64,000 nucleotides of DNA from a virus. The notes under the pieces are model-generated. The model did not search any database, was not told the DNA's origin, and saw only the letters and a list, made by a program, of their open reading frames with translations. The first letter of the stretch is position 1; every line of letters begins with the position of its first letter. The position numbers and the translations under genes are program-made. Where the stretch lies: positions 1-64,000 of the IMG/VR virus record IMGVR_UViG_3300036766_000876; one strand, written 5' to 3'. Positions 27,277-36,975 of this stretch are shown here, piece after piece.

Positions 27277-28124
27277 GCGAACCCCAACAAGTGCAGCGCC
27301 TGCTCTGCTGCCCAGAAGCTCATCAAGCCCCCAATGCGGCCGCCCCCCGTGGCGACCACCAGCGAGTCCGCGACGGCAGTCACCGTCGGGCCCTTGTCCA
27401 CCAGCGGGCGCCAGCCATGGTAGCGCCGCACCTCTTGGCGCTCCCCGAGGTACGGAGCGACGCGCGCCAGCATCTTCTGGATGTACTCCTCGGAGTGCCC
27501 CTCGCGCTTCTCCTGCGTGGCGCAGACGCGAATCATCCCCGGGTTCCACTCCCGGACGGCAATCTGGTTGTACGGGGTGACTTCATGGAGGAGCACCTCC
27601 TTGTGCGGGGGCTCACCCGCGAGAATCACCCCAGACCCAGCCAGCCGCTTGACGCCAATCGTTGGTAGGCCGCTGGCCGAGAGCAGCTCGTCGGTCCACG
27701 CGCCAGCGGCCACGACCACCCCGCGGGCTTGCCAACGCTCACCCGTCACCTGCACGAAGCCGGAGCCGACACGCTCCACCTCTGCTTCCGCGTCTGGAGG
27801 GCGGAGCGCGAGGAACCCAGCCGGGCTGAACGTGTACCAGTCCTGTCGGTAGCGGGACTTGGTGCGGTCCTTCATCCCATGGACACGCGCACCCGAGTTG
27901 TAGAGCGCAACGCCACAGCTCTCCGCCTGTGCGCGGGCCCGCTGGAGCCGGCCCTTCCACTCACCGCTGTACCAGCCATCCGCGAAGTACCCACTGGCAG
28001 CGGGGCTCGCTGCCTCCGCGCGAGCACCGTCCACCAGCAGGACAGAGTGCCCCGCGCGCTCCGCCATCAGCGCCGTCGCGACGCCCCAGTACCCAGCGCC
28101 CACCACGATGAGGTCCGCGTCCAC
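27273..28124 (-). CDS. FAD-dependent oxidoreductase (glycine/D-amino-acid oxidase-like)
   Basis: VVGAGYWG, VVAAGAW, GWRP, ATGGGRIG. Confidence 0.85.
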   Translation of the reverse strand: MDADLIVVGAGYWGVATALMAERAGHSVLLVDGARAEAASPAASGYFADGWYSGEWKGRLQRARAQAESCGVALYNSGARVHGMKDRTKSRYRQDWYTFSPAGFLALRPPDAEAEVERVGSGFVQVTGERWQARGVVVAAGAWTDELLSASGLPTIGVKRLAGSGVILAGEPPHKEVLLHEVTPYNQIAVREWNPGMIRVCATQEKREGHSEEYIQKMLARVAPYLGERQEVRRYHGWRPLVDKGPTVTAVADSLVVATGGGRIGGLMSFWAAEQALHLLGFA

Positions 28125-28535
28125 TCACAGCCTCCGGTAGATGTTGAAGAGCCGAGTCCCATCAGTACTCGTCTTCTGCCCGGCGAGCGAGAAGCCAAGG
28201 CGCTGGTAGAAGCTGTTGGACTCGGCGCTGTCGGCGTTCGTCTTCAGCTCCATTGGGTAGCCGATGGCTGCGAGCAGCTCCTTGCCGAGGCCCTGTCGCT
28301 TGGCTGCCGGGTCCACCGCCACCTCGTAGAGGACCTTCACGCCGTCGCGCTGCCTGGTGAGGTAGTGGGCGAAGGCGAGCTCGGGGATGCCGATCCACCG
28401 CGCGTTCTTCGGGAGCGGGTTCCATGCACGCCACCAGATGACGCCCGGGTCCGTCCCCAGGATGTGCTCGTAGTGCTTCCAGATGCGAATCACCCATGGC
28501 TTGTCGGCCAGGGTGAGGCCCACGACGCGGCTCAC
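28125..28535 (-). CDS. GNAT acetyltransferase
   Basis: VAVDPAAKRQGLGKEL and SNSFYQRLGF. Confidence 0.85.
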   Translation of the reverse strand: MSRVVGLTLADKPWVIRIWKHYEHILGTDPGVIWWRAWNPLPKNARWIGIPELAFAHYLTRQRDGVKVLYEVAVDPAAKRQGLGKELLAAIGYPMELKTNADSAESNSFYQRLGFSLAGQKTSTDGTRLFNIYRRL

Positions 28536-29416
28536 ACCAGCACCTCGCCCGTCTTGAGGTAGTGCCCCTTGAGCTCCTTGCGCACGCCCATCCAGCCGCC
28601 GAACTCCCCCAGGTACTTGTGGTCGAACGAAGCGAGGCGCGCCTTCTTCAGAGCCTCGGAGCAGGGGGCCAGTGTCTCCCGCTGTTGGTCGAGGTCGTGC
28701 CCCATGTAGTACGAGCCCTTCGAGAGGGAGTTGAAGTCGCAGCAAGCCGTCTCCAGCATGTCGAGCCCGTTGAATGGCACCAGCCGGCGGACTGCCTCGT
28801 CGTGGACGGCCTGCTGGAGCTCGACATCGACCACGATTCGCTTCCAGCTCTCACCAGTGATGCGGACCATGCCCGGCACCGGGCCCGCCGTCTCACCGCC
28901 GCCTCCGACTCCAATGTCCGCCGCGGTGATGGGGTAGCCATGGACGTTCTTCAGGAGGTCGGCCCACTTGTAGCTACTCCAGTGGCCGCCGTACGGCACC
29001 TGTTGGAAGGCCCCGCGCACCTGCTGCCAGCCGGCCTTCCCGCCCGGCCCAACGGCCGCCTCCACCCAGTTGCTCAGCTTCCCACCGAAACGGGAGCGTA
29101 CGAGTGCGAGGAGGGTGTTCACATGGAGCGCTGCCAGGTTGTTCCCTCGGAAGCCTCTGCGCTCAGTACCGGTGGCGAGGCGCAGGTCGTTGGGGAGCTC
29201 CCTTGGAGAGGGATAGCGGGTCCACGCCAGCTCAGCGCTGCTCAGGTTGTACCAAGTCACGTACAGGAGGGTGCGCCACAGGGCCTGCTCCGTGGGGATG
29301 CCCTCGTCGGCGTAGAAGCGCTTGAGCACGGGGTACGTCGGGTCGAGGTCCCCGCTGACAATCTGAGCCGTGGCGAAGGTGCAGAACTTCGCGAACACCG
29401 GCTCCACCAGCTTCAT
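28532..29416 (-). CDS. Amino acid:DNA transferase (aGPT-Pplase2 family)
   Basis: GDLDPTY, TERRGFR, GHWSSYKWADLL, LETACCDF, YYMGHDLD motifs. Confidence 0.75.
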   Translation of the reverse strand: MKLVEPVFAKFCTFATAQIVSGDLDPTYPVLKRFYADEGIPTEQALWRTLLYVTWYNLSSAELAWTRYPSPRELPNDLRLATGTERRGFRGNNLAALHVNTLLALVRSRFGGKLSNWVEAAVGPGGKAGWQQVRGAFQQVPYGGHWSSYKWADLLKNVHGYPITAADIGVGGGGETAGPVPGMVRITGESWKRIVVDVELQQAVHDEAVRRLVPFNGLDMLETACCDFNSLSKGSYYMGHDLDQQRETLAPCSEALKKARLASFDHKYLGEFGGWMGVRKELKGHYLKTGEVLV

Positions 29417-30249
29417 GGAGCCGCCGGCCCGCGGCGCTTCTGCTCGCGGGAGGTCTTCACAGCGCGGATCCGCTCCAGCTCCTGGATGGGCGTGCCGCAG
29501 TGACACATCCCCTGGAGCGCGTAGTAGACGATGGTGTAGCGGTAGGCCCGCGGGGAGAGCTTCCTGAACGGGGTGACTCCATGAAGGAAGTGCTGCGCGT
29601 TGAAGATGCTCAACGTGCCGTCGCGTACCGCCAGAGCCACGTCGAGCTGGGGCACCGCCAGGTAGCCCCCCTCCAGGTCCTTCTTGAAGGTGAGCATCGC
29701 GTTCCAGGTGCCCGGGTAGTTCCCAGTGTCGAAGTGGTACCGGAGCAGGTTGTTCCAGTTGCAGATGCCGCTGGTGTAGCTGCTGTTGGGGAGAATCCAC
29801 TCCGGCTTCGTCTGCGCGCGGACGATGGCCTCTTGGTGGGCCGCCTGCTCCGGGAGGTAGTGCTTGAGGTAGCGCGTCGCCAGGGCAGCGCCTTCGCACA
29901 AGACGGAGTGCTCCGCTGGTGACTCATGGGCGAGCGCGGCTGTCGTGCAGAAGTCCCGCCGGATGGTGATGCGCGGCTGGTACCCGATGACCCTACTCGT
30001 CGTCTTCAAGCCCGCCGTCCTGGCGGTGGACTGGTACTCGATGGCCTGCACCGCGTTGCGGATGGCGGACGTCTCCTCTGTTGGTGGCACGATGTACAAG
30101 CCGGCCAACACGCCATCCACGTACAGCAGGGAGGACTCCTCCAGTAGCTGGGAGCAGTCCTCCGCCTTGGGGGCAACCTTGCGCAGGAGCTTCTTGGTGT
30201 CGAGCTCCCTGCTCTTGAGGTCCACCCTCGGCAGGACCGGGAACGTCAC
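29413..30249 (-). CDS. TET/JBP-family 2OG-Fe(II) dioxygenase
   Basis: YHFDTGN (HxD), GGYLAVP, LHGVTP, RYTIVYY. Confidence 0.85.
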   Translation of the reverse strand: MTFPVLPRVDLKSRELDTKKLLRKVAPKAEDCSQLLEESSLLYVDGVLAGLYIVPPTEETSAIRNAVQAIEYQSTARTAGLKTTSRVIGYQPRITIRRDFCTTAALAHESPAEHSVLCEGAALATRYLKHYLPEQAAHQEAIVRAQTKPEWILPNSSYTSGICNWNNLLRYHFDTGNYPGTWNAMLTFKKDLEGGYLAVPQLDVALAVRDGTLSIFNAQHFLHGVTPFRKLSPRAYRYTIVYYALQGMCHCGTPIQELERIRAVKTSREQKRRGPAAP

Positions 30250-30941
30250 GCCTTGCTCGGTTTCTCCCAGTGCTCCAGGAGCTTCTGGAAGACCTCGGTG
30301 TTGGAAGCGACGCCCATTGCCTTCTGGGCCGCCTCCAGCCGCGTGACGATGACGTCGTACTGTGGTGCCTCGAAGTACAGGACGATCTGCTTGATTTCCG
30401 CCGCCAAGAACTTGGGGAGGAGCTCGTCGGGCGAGGCACCAACGACCGGAGCCGTCGCGGCTGCGACCTCCCTGTCAAGGGCGTCGAGGTCCGTCTGCTG
30501 GAAGCCCGTGCCGAGGAGTGTGGATGTGTCCGAGAGGTCGCGCAGGATGTCGGCCAGCCCCGCCTCGTCCCACCCACCAATCTCCACCAGGCGGTTCGAG
30601 GTCAGCAAGTACGCCTCTGCCTCCGCCACGTCCTTGAAGGCGACGCCCCGCACCACAGGGACCATCCAGTCCTGGCCCTTCATGGCGATGCGCGCTGGTG
30701 GCGTCTTCCCTGCGGCCTTCCGTCGCTGGAGCGCCTCCAGCCGCCCGTGGCCGGCCACCAGCTTCCCGGACTTCTCATCCAGGATGAGAGGCTCTGTGAA
30801 GCCGAAGCGTTCAAGGCTCGCGTCGATTCCAGGCTCGTCGTGCTTCTTGGGGTTGCGCGGCCAGCGCTGAACCTCCGCCAGTGGGACGTACTCGACGCGG
30901 TAGCCCTTCTCTGCCTGCTTCTCGGTCATCACGGCCTCCAT
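30246..30941 (-). CDS. ParB/Srx N-terminal domain protein
   Basis: PRNPKKH, SLERFGFTEPL, LVAGHGRLEA. Confidence 0.85.
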   Translation of the reverse strand: MEAVMTEKQAEKGYRVEYVPLAEVQRWPRNPKKHDEPGIDASLERFGFTEPLILDEKSGKLVAGHGRLEALQRRKAAGKTPPARIAMKGQDWMVPVVRGVAFKDVAEAEAYLLTSNRLVEIGGWDEAGLADILRDLSDTSTLLGTGFQQTDLDALDREVAAATAPVVGASPDELLPKFLAAEIKQIVLYFEAPQYDVIVTRLEAAQKAMGVASNTEVFQKLLEHWEKPSKA

Positions 30942-30954
30942 GTGTCAAACCACC

Positions 30955-31266
30955 CTAGCCCCGCTTCGACCGCGCTCCAAGCATCCGCGCGGCCTGTGCA
31001 GAACGAATCCGACGAGAGCGCTCCCGGTACACAGAAGCCCACTCGCTCCATGCCTCGACGGAGCGCACCGCGTACCACCAGCCGCCGCGGCGCCCAAGCG
31101 GCTTCATGTCGAAGACACCGGCCCGCTTGGCGCTCATGAAGGCGCTGGGGCTGAGGATGCCGTACGGCCAACCAACCCAGTGGATGTAATCCCGGAACTC
31201 CCCATCCACGAGCGGTGGCCGATCCGGAACGGAGTCTCCTGTTGCCCTCCGGTCAAGCTCAGCCAC
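30955..31266 (-). CDS. Hypothetical protein
   Basis: Fills the gap; ends AQAARMLG (tag-like). Confidence 0.5.
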   Translation of the reverse strand: MAELDRRATGDSVPDRPPLVDGEFRDYIHWVGWPYGILSPSAFMSAKRAGVFDMKPLGRRGGWWYAVRSVEAWSEWASVYRERSRRIRSAQAARMLGARSKRG

Positions 31267-31275
31267 TGGGGAGCC

Positions 31276-32892
31276 TCACGAGACTCTCCCCGCCTCCACC
31301 TTCCAGCGGAGCGCAGCGGGTGCCCTGGCAGCGAGGGACTCGTTGTGCGTGATGAGGACGACGGCCCTGTCCTTGGCGAGCTCCGCCAGGACATCCACAA
31401 CCGCCTCGATGCCATCGTCGTCGAGGGCGTCCATCACCTCGTCGAGGAAGAGCGTTCCCCGGCCGGCGAAGGCGAGGAGGAGGGCGAGGTCTATCCGCCG
31501 CCGCTCCCCACCGCTGCTTGCCTTGTAGCCCTCGCCACCGCCAGCCCCAAGGACGGTGATGCCGATGGCGTCAGAGAGGCCTCCGGCCTTCCTCTCGCTG
31601 TAGGGCTTGAGCTCAAGCCGCAGCCCCGGCCCGGCCAGCCGGGCCAACCACCCATTCGCGGCCGCCTCAAGCCCGGAGAGCAGCCGGGTGAGCATCCCTG
31701 CGCGCGCGCCACGCAGGCCAAGGGCAGCTTCAGCCGCAGTGAGTATCGTTGCCTCTCGGCGCAGCGAGGGCAGCTCCTGCTCAACCTCCTGCCGCAGTGC
31801 CTCCGCCTTTTGCTGCTCCGCAGCGGCCCTGGCGAGCGTGTCCTCCGCCGTCTTCCGGCTTCGCCCGGCCTGCTCCGCCGCCCCGGCCTCCCGGCTGGCC
31901 GCAGCTTCCCTCTCACGCAGACGGGAGAGCGTCTTCTCGTCGTCCGAGAGCTGCACCGCGAGGGCCTCCAATTCCCCGGCCTTCGCTTCCCTCGCGCCCT
32001 TGGCGGCCGCCTCTGCTGCCAAGGCGTCCTGCTCCAGCCGGGTGCGCGCAGCCACGTCTACCGGGAGGGTCTGTCCGCACTCGCCGCAGGTTGCCCCGGG
32101 CTTCGACAGCCGTCCAAGCCGGTGGCGGACGTTGACGGCCTCCTGTCGGTGGACAGACTCCGCTGAGGCGAGCTCCTGCTGCTCCTTGCGCAGGTCCTTG
32201 AGCGAGGCCTCGGTGGTGCGTACGGAATGTCTGAGGTTGGCCAGCACCGTCCCATGACCACCAAGCGGTGGCGCTGGTGGGAGTGCCGCCAGAGTGCGCT
32301 CAGCGTCCTCCCGCCGAGTACCGTGGAGCTCCGCCTCGCGCTGGAGCATTTGCGCGCGCCCGGTGGATGCGTCCAAGCGGGTCTGCACACCGCGAAGCTC
32401 CGCACGACAGCGTTCCAGCGCGGCGTCGAAGCGCCCGAGGCCCAGCCACGCCTCCAGGAAGAGCTTGCGCTCCTTGTCCGTCGCCATGGTGAAGTGCGCC
32501 GCGTCCGCGCTGCTGAAGACGTGGGTGCGCCGCCAGGACTCGAAGCCGCCAATGACGGCCTCCAGCGCGTCCTGGGCCTTCGTGGTTGTCGGGTACTCGG
32601 TGCCGCGCCCCTCTGGGTCCGTCCATGAGAGCTTGGCTGAGCCGCTCTTGCGGATCCGCTCCGCGGTGGCCGCATCCGTCTCCAGCCTCACGCAGCAGGG
32701 CTTCTTCCCATCCCCGCCTGGATGTGTCCCCCGGAGCGTCTCACCGAAGGCCCCCCAGGCAACCGCCTCTGGGATGCTGGACTTGCCGCCGCCGTTAGGC
32801 CCCGTGACGACAACAAGGCCGCGCTCCGGGAAGTCGAGCACCGTGTCCTCGTGCTTGGTGAAGCCATCCAGCTCGACGCGGCTCACGTTCAC
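31276..32892 (-). CDS. SbcC/Rad50-like SMC ATPase
   Basis: GPNGGGKSS, zinc hook CGECGQ, SSGGERRR, FLDEVMDALD, ITH. Confidence 0.9.
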   Translation of the reverse strand: MNVSRVELDGFTKHEDTVLDFPERGLVVVTGPNGGGKSSIPEAVAWGAFGETLRGTHPGGDGKKPCCVRLETDAATAERIRKSGSAKLSWTDPEGRGTEYPTTTKAQDALEAVIGGFESWRRTHVFSSADAAHFTMATDKERKLFLEAWLGLGRFDAALERCRAELRGVQTRLDASTGRAQMLQREAELHGTRREDAERTLAALPPAPPLGGHGTVLANLRHSVRTTEASLKDLRKEQQELASAESVHRQEAVNVRHRLGRLSKPGATCGECGQTLPVDVAARTRLEQDALAAEAAAKGAREAKAGELEALAVQLSDDEKTLSRLREREAAASREAGAAEQAGRSRKTAEDTLARAAAEQQKAEALRQEVEQELPSLRREATILTAAEAALGLRGARAGMLTRLLSGLEAAANGWLARLAGPGLRLELKPYSERKAGGLSDAIGITVLGAGGGEGYKASSGGERRRIDLALLLAFAGRGTLFLDEVMDALDDDGIEAVVDVLAELAKDRAVVLITHNESLAARAPAALRWKVEAGRVS

Positions 32893-33536
32893 GTCGTCCT
32901 CCGCTCCTTCCAGGCGGCCACGGCGGAGGCAATCTCGTGCGTCACTTCCTCCAAGCCCGTCTTGGACACGATGACCCACCTGTCCGGGGAGCCCTCGTGG
33001 GCCATCTGCTTCCAAAGCTCCCGGTAGTTGTTGGCCACCTGCCAAAGGTGTTCCGCGTTCCGCTCGTACCTGTCACGCGCCTCAGGCCGGCGCTTCGCCA
33101 GGAGCTCTGGAGTGCTGTCGAGGAGGATGAACAAGTCGGGCTGTGGCAGCCACCTGTGGAGCCCGATGAGGTACTCGCCGTCGAGCCCATCGGCCTTGCC
33201 ATAGGCGTAGCCGGAGGGCCAGTAGCGGTCCATCACCACGTTGCCAGCGGCGGCATCCTCGAAGAGCTGGCTCGCCACCTCCATCCTGTTGGCCACCTGG
33301 AGCGCCTGGAAGACGAGGGCGTCGATGTGCTTCTCGCGCGCAACGTCGATGCCCTTCTGCACGTCGTCCTCGCTGTGCGTGGACCACGTCCCTGCCAGGT
33401 GCTCGTAGATGAGCTTCCCCGTCGGGCTGTCCTTGTTGGGGAACTTCCACAGCTTCGCCCGGAGCCGGCCCGCCAGGATCGCGCACTGCGTCGTCTTGCC
33501 GGACCCGTCCAGCCCCTCGATGCAAACGATTGCCAT
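32889..33536 (-). CDS. tmk: Thymidylate (dTMP) kinase
   Basis: IEGLDGSGKTTQ, FP, MDRYWPSGYAY, PQPDLFILLD. Confidence 0.9.
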   Translation of the reverse strand: MAIVCIEGLDGSGKTTQCAILAGRLRAKLWKFPNKDSPTGKLIYEHLAGTWSTHSEDDVQKGIDVAREKHIDALVFQALQVANRMEVASQLFEDAAAGNVVMDRYWPSGYAYGKADGLDGEYLIGLHRWLPQPDLFILLDSTPELLAKRRPEARDRYERNAEHLWQVANNYRELWKQMAHEGSPDRWVIVSKTGLEEVTHEIASAVAAWKERRTT

Positions 33537-33545
33537 GAACCTCTC

Positions 33546-33572
33546 CTTGCCCTCAGCGGGGCGTTTTTTCCC
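33546..33572 (-). promoter_or_regulatory. GGGAAAA-N13-GGGCAAG phage promoter motif
   Basis: Exact match, 9 nt upstream of the tmk ATG. Confidence 0.7.
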
Positions 33573-33921
33573 AGACAGCGACCGGAGCCCCGTGCCGCGA
33601 GCCCCTCGTGGTGGCGACGAAGCGCCCCGTCTTCCGGATGGTCCGCTCCTTGGCTATGGCCTGCATCACACCGCCGAGTGCCCGCGGTTCCGGAGGCGGC
33701 GCCAGGCCGGTAGCCCAGACATCGTCTGCCGTGAAGCCGCCCGGCCGGTTGGCTGCGACACCGAGGATGGCCGCTCTTGCTGCGAGCTCCCAGCCAGTTG
33801 GGGCAGCCGCCAGGGCCCTCTGCGCGGCACGCCTACCGAGCACTCTGCTGTGCTCGCGCTCCTCGTTGGCGAGCTTGGCAGCCTCTTCGATGAGGGTGAG
33901 CGTTCCCTGGTTCCCCATCAC
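33553..33921 (-). CDS. Hypothetical (winged-helix-like) phage protein
   Basis: FTADDVW...PRALGGVM...I..TG. Confidence 0.6.
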   Translation of the reverse strand: MMGNQGTLTLIEEAAKLANEEREHSRVLGRRAAQRALAAAPTGWELAARAAILGVAANRPGGFTADDVWATGLAPPPEPRALGGVMQAIAKERTIRKTGRFVATTRGSRHGAPVAVWEKTPR

Positions 33922-35027
33922 GGAGCGCCTCCAGCCATGAAGGAGCGCACCTTGGCGAGTACGTCCTGGCGGAGCTCCGGATCCTCCAGTGGCATCTGCC
34001 CGACATAGGCCGCCAGGGCGGCATCGACCGTCGTCGCCTCCCGGGCCGCGCCAGACGCCTGGCTCATAGCCACCTTGGCCTCCGTAGCATCAGGGATGAG
34101 CTCGACAACGACGTCCTCCTCGACCAGTGCGGCCCCCTCCGCCCTGGCCTCCACCTCCTCCGATGGCTCGAACGTCCTCCGCATGTACGGCTGGCAGCCC
34201 TTGGACAACGCCCGCCGGGCCTCCACGGCGTTGGAGACGAAGCGCGGCCCGGGAACGGGGATGACCTCCACGTCCCCGGCAGACCAGCCCTTCCGCGAGC
34301 CATCGTGGAGGAACGCCATGGTGCCGTACCCGAGGCCCGGATTGTTCCACCCAGTGGGAGCGAGGCACCCCACTTGGCAGACTGTCAGCCCGCCCTCCTC
34401 CCACAGCTTGGGCTCGTGCCAGTTGCCGGCGAAGGCGTGGGTGAAGCCGTGCGCGTGCATCAGCTCCCGGAGGGCGTCAACGTGGATGCTGTCATGGGCA
34501 CCCTGGAGCCACGGAGGCGTGCTCCCGTCCTGGATGCCGAGGTGGACCACCAGCACCCTGCGCTCGTACTTGAAGTCCTTGGCGGCTGCCGCAACGACGC
34601 GGGGGAGCCACTCGCTGGCGGGCCCCGGCTTGAACGGGATGGCGAGCAGGCTCAGCCCGTCGTCCTGGAAGAGCGCTGGCGAGTCAGACACATCCGCCAC
34701 GGGCAGCAGCGGAGCCAGGGAGTTGTCCCCCCGTACCTCGGAGGTCATCTCATGGTTGCCGAGGAGCGCCACCACGTCGATGTTGGACTTCGCGGCCGCC
34801 TCGAAGATGTGCTGCGCCTCCCGGATGAGCTGGGGCTCCGGCTTGGCGGAGTCGAACAGGTCCCCGCACGAGACGAGGGTGTCGCACTTCCGGTCCTGCG
34901 CCTCCATCACCGCCCTGGTGAGGGCGCCGAGCACGAGCCGCCCACGCCGGTTGACTCCGCGCTCCATGGCGCCGCCGTGCTGCTTGGGAGAGCCGAGGTG
35001 TACGTCGCTCACGAAGGCGATCGTCAC
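33918..35027 (-). CDS. SbcD/Mre11-like metallophosphoesterase nuclease
   Basis: SDVHLG, GDLFD, GNHE, H, GNWH. Confidence 0.88.
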   Translation of the reverse strand: MTIAFVSDVHLGSPKQHGGAMERGVNRRGRLVLGALTRAVMEAQDRKCDTLVSCGDLFDSAKPEPQLIREAQHIFEAAAKSNIDVVALLGNHEMTSEVRGDNSLAPLLPVADVSDSPALFQDDGLSLLAIPFKPGPASEWLPRVVAAAAKDFKYERRVLVVHLGIQDGSTPPWLQGAHDSIHVDALRELMHAHGFTHAFAGNWHEPKLWEEGGLTVCQVGCLAPTGWNNPGLGYGTMAFLHDGSRKGWSAGDVEVIPVPGPRFVSNAVEARRALSKGCQPYMRRTFEPSEEVEARAEGAALVEEDVVVELIPDATEAKVAMSQASGAAREATTVDAALAAYVGQMPLEDPELRQDVLAKVRSFMAGGAP

Positions 35028-36004
35028 TTGGCGGCCTTCGCCTTCTTGGGCTTCTCGCCACCCAGGCGCTCTGCCGCCTCGCTCACCGTTGGCGAGGGCC
35101 AACCAAGCGCCAGGTACGCAGCCTCCGAGCTCCTGGTGGCGTCCGGGACGAGCTTGAGGTCCTTGGCGTGGTTGAGCGTCGTCCAGGAGTCGTCCCACCC
35201 ATTCTGGAAGTGCAGGAAGGAGAGCATCTCCCGGCCCGGCTCACCCAGCTTGTTCTTGTGACACTTCACCTTCACCTCCAGGCCTCCGTCGCGCCGCTTG
35301 ACGCCGGCTGTCCGCAGGCGCGCCGTGGCGTAGAACTTGAGCGCCTTCCCACCAGGCGTGTACTCGGGCGAGCCCCACATCACGCCCGGCTTCTCCCGAA
35401 TCTGGTTCACGAAGATGACATGCGCGTGCTTCCCCTTGAGGGCCTTCACCAGTCGCGGGATGAACTTCGACATCACCCGCGCCATTGGGCTCATGTGCGC
35501 GTCCTCCACATCGCTCTTGCCCTCCGCCTCCGTCACCATGGCCGGCACGGAGTCGTAGACGGCGAGGAGCGGGACGTCGTTCTTGTGGGCGTCCACCGTG
35601 TCGAGGAGGAGCTGGAACGCCTCCTCCGCGGAGTCGATGTCAGACGCCATCAGCAGCTCCTCCTTGTTGACGCCGAGGACGTCGCACCGCTCCTGGGTGC
35701 AGGCGTTCTCCACGTCGATGTAGAGCCCGATGCCGGCCCGCTGGACCTCCGCCAGGCAGCCCATGACGAGGGAGCTCTTCCCGGAGGACTCCGGCCCGAA
35801 AATCTCGCTCATCCGCTCGAAGGCGAAGCCACCCGGCCCGAGGACGTAGTGGTTGAGAGCAGAGAGCGGCGACGGCACAGCCCCAAGGACGTGGCCGATG
35901 TTCCCCTTGGCCATCGTGGTGAGCGAGTCCCCGTGCTTCTTCCCAACACGCTCCAGGATGCGCTCCAGCGCCTTCAGCTTCGCGGACTGCTTGTCGTCGG
36001 CCAC
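35024..36004 (-). CDS. recA: RecA-family recombinase
   Basis: EIFGPESSGKS, YDSV, FVNQIREKPGV...TPGGKALKFYA. Confidence 0.92.
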   Translation of the reverse strand: MADDKQSAKLKALERILERVGKKHGDSLTTMAKGNIGHVLGAVPSPLSALNHYVLGPGGFAFERMSEIFGPESSGKSSLVMGCLAEVQRAGIGLYIDVENACTQERCDVLGVNKEELLMASDIDSAEEAFQLLLDTVDAHKNDVPLLAVYDSVPAMVTEAEGKSDVEDAHMSPMARVMSKFIPRLVKALKGKHAHVIFVNQIREKPGVMWGSPEYTPGGKALKFYATARLRTAGVKRRDGGLEVKVKCHKNKLGEPGREMLSFLHFQNGWDDSWTTLNHAKDLKLVPDATRSSEAAYLALGWPSPTVSEAAERLGGEKPKKAKAAK

Positions 36005-36103
36005 GTTGGCTCCGTTTCATGTGTCAAAGATGGAAGTGGGCGTGCTCTCCGCCCTGTCACGCCTCGTCCGGCCCGCTGCCGGTCGGCGTTCACCGGCCGT
36101 GCT

Positions 36104-36886
36104 TCAGTACTCGATGTCTTCCTTGTCCTGAGCCTTGGGCGTCACATCCCGCTCCTGGCGGCCTCTGCCACCTGAGCCGGAGCGCTTGTTGTCGCCCCCA
36201 CCGCGGGCCTCGAACTCCCCTTCGAGAGCCTTGTCCTGCTCCTCGTCGGAGGGAAGCTGCTCGACCGTCTCCAGGTCTACCTGGCTGCCGATGAGCTCCT
36301 CCGCGTTGGGGAGGGCGCTGGCCTCGCGAGCGACCGTGTGGCCGGTGTACTTGGTGTTCATCTTCTCACCAGTACGCTTGAAGACGACGTTGTAGCCCTT
36401 CACCGGGTCCGCGAAGACACTCCCCACGTCGGCCATCTCGATGGCCGCCATGATGTCCTTGAACAGCCCCGGGCTCATCTTCCAGACCTGCACGCCCTTC
36501 TCGGGCTCCTGCATGTCCACCACGTTGACGTACATCGAAGAGCGCGGCTGGTACGCCTTGGCCGCCTCCGCGTCCGCCCGATTCCCACTGGCGCGGAGCT
36601 GCTGCCCCTTCTCGCACAGCGGGCACGGCTGGTTGGTCTGGAACTTGGCGCAGACGAGGGCCTTCGTGTCACCGCCCGCCGTGAAGAAGTGCTTGTGCCA
36701 CGCCTTCATCGGCTTCCGGCCCTTGAGCGGGGGGAGGAAGCGCACGACGTTCTTCCCCTGCTTCGGGGTGAAGCCCGAGGCGAAGCTTGTTGGGAGCGCC
36801 TCCGCCTCCTTCTGCATCTCCGACAGGTCGAAGCTGCCGTACTGCACCAACTGCGAGCCCTGCTTCTTCTCAATCTCGTTGCCCAT
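36104..36886 (-). CDS. Single-stranded DNA-binding protein (gp32-like)
   Basis: GKNVVRFLPP, CPLCE, DPVKGYNVVFKRTG...TKY, acidic tail. Confidence 0.75.
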   Translation of the reverse strand: MGNEIEKKQGSQLVQYGSFDLSEMQKEAEALPTSFASGFTPKQGKNVVRFLPPLKGRKPMKAWHKHFFTAGGDTKALVCAKFQTNQPCPLCEKGQQLRASGNRADAEAAKAYQPRSSMYVNVVDMQEPEKGVQVWKMSPGLFKDIMAAIEMADVGSVFADPVKGYNVVFKRTGEKMNTKYTGHTVAREASALPNAEELIGSQVDLETVEQLPSDEEQDKALEGEFEARGGGDNKRSGSGGRGRQERDVTPKAQDKEDIEY

Positions 36887-36975
36887 CGTGTCACCTCTGG
36901 TTGCGGCTCCTTGCCATCGCGCCTTGCGGAAGTCCGCCGTGCGCCCCGGCTCGTCGCCTGGTTGTACGTCTGCTG

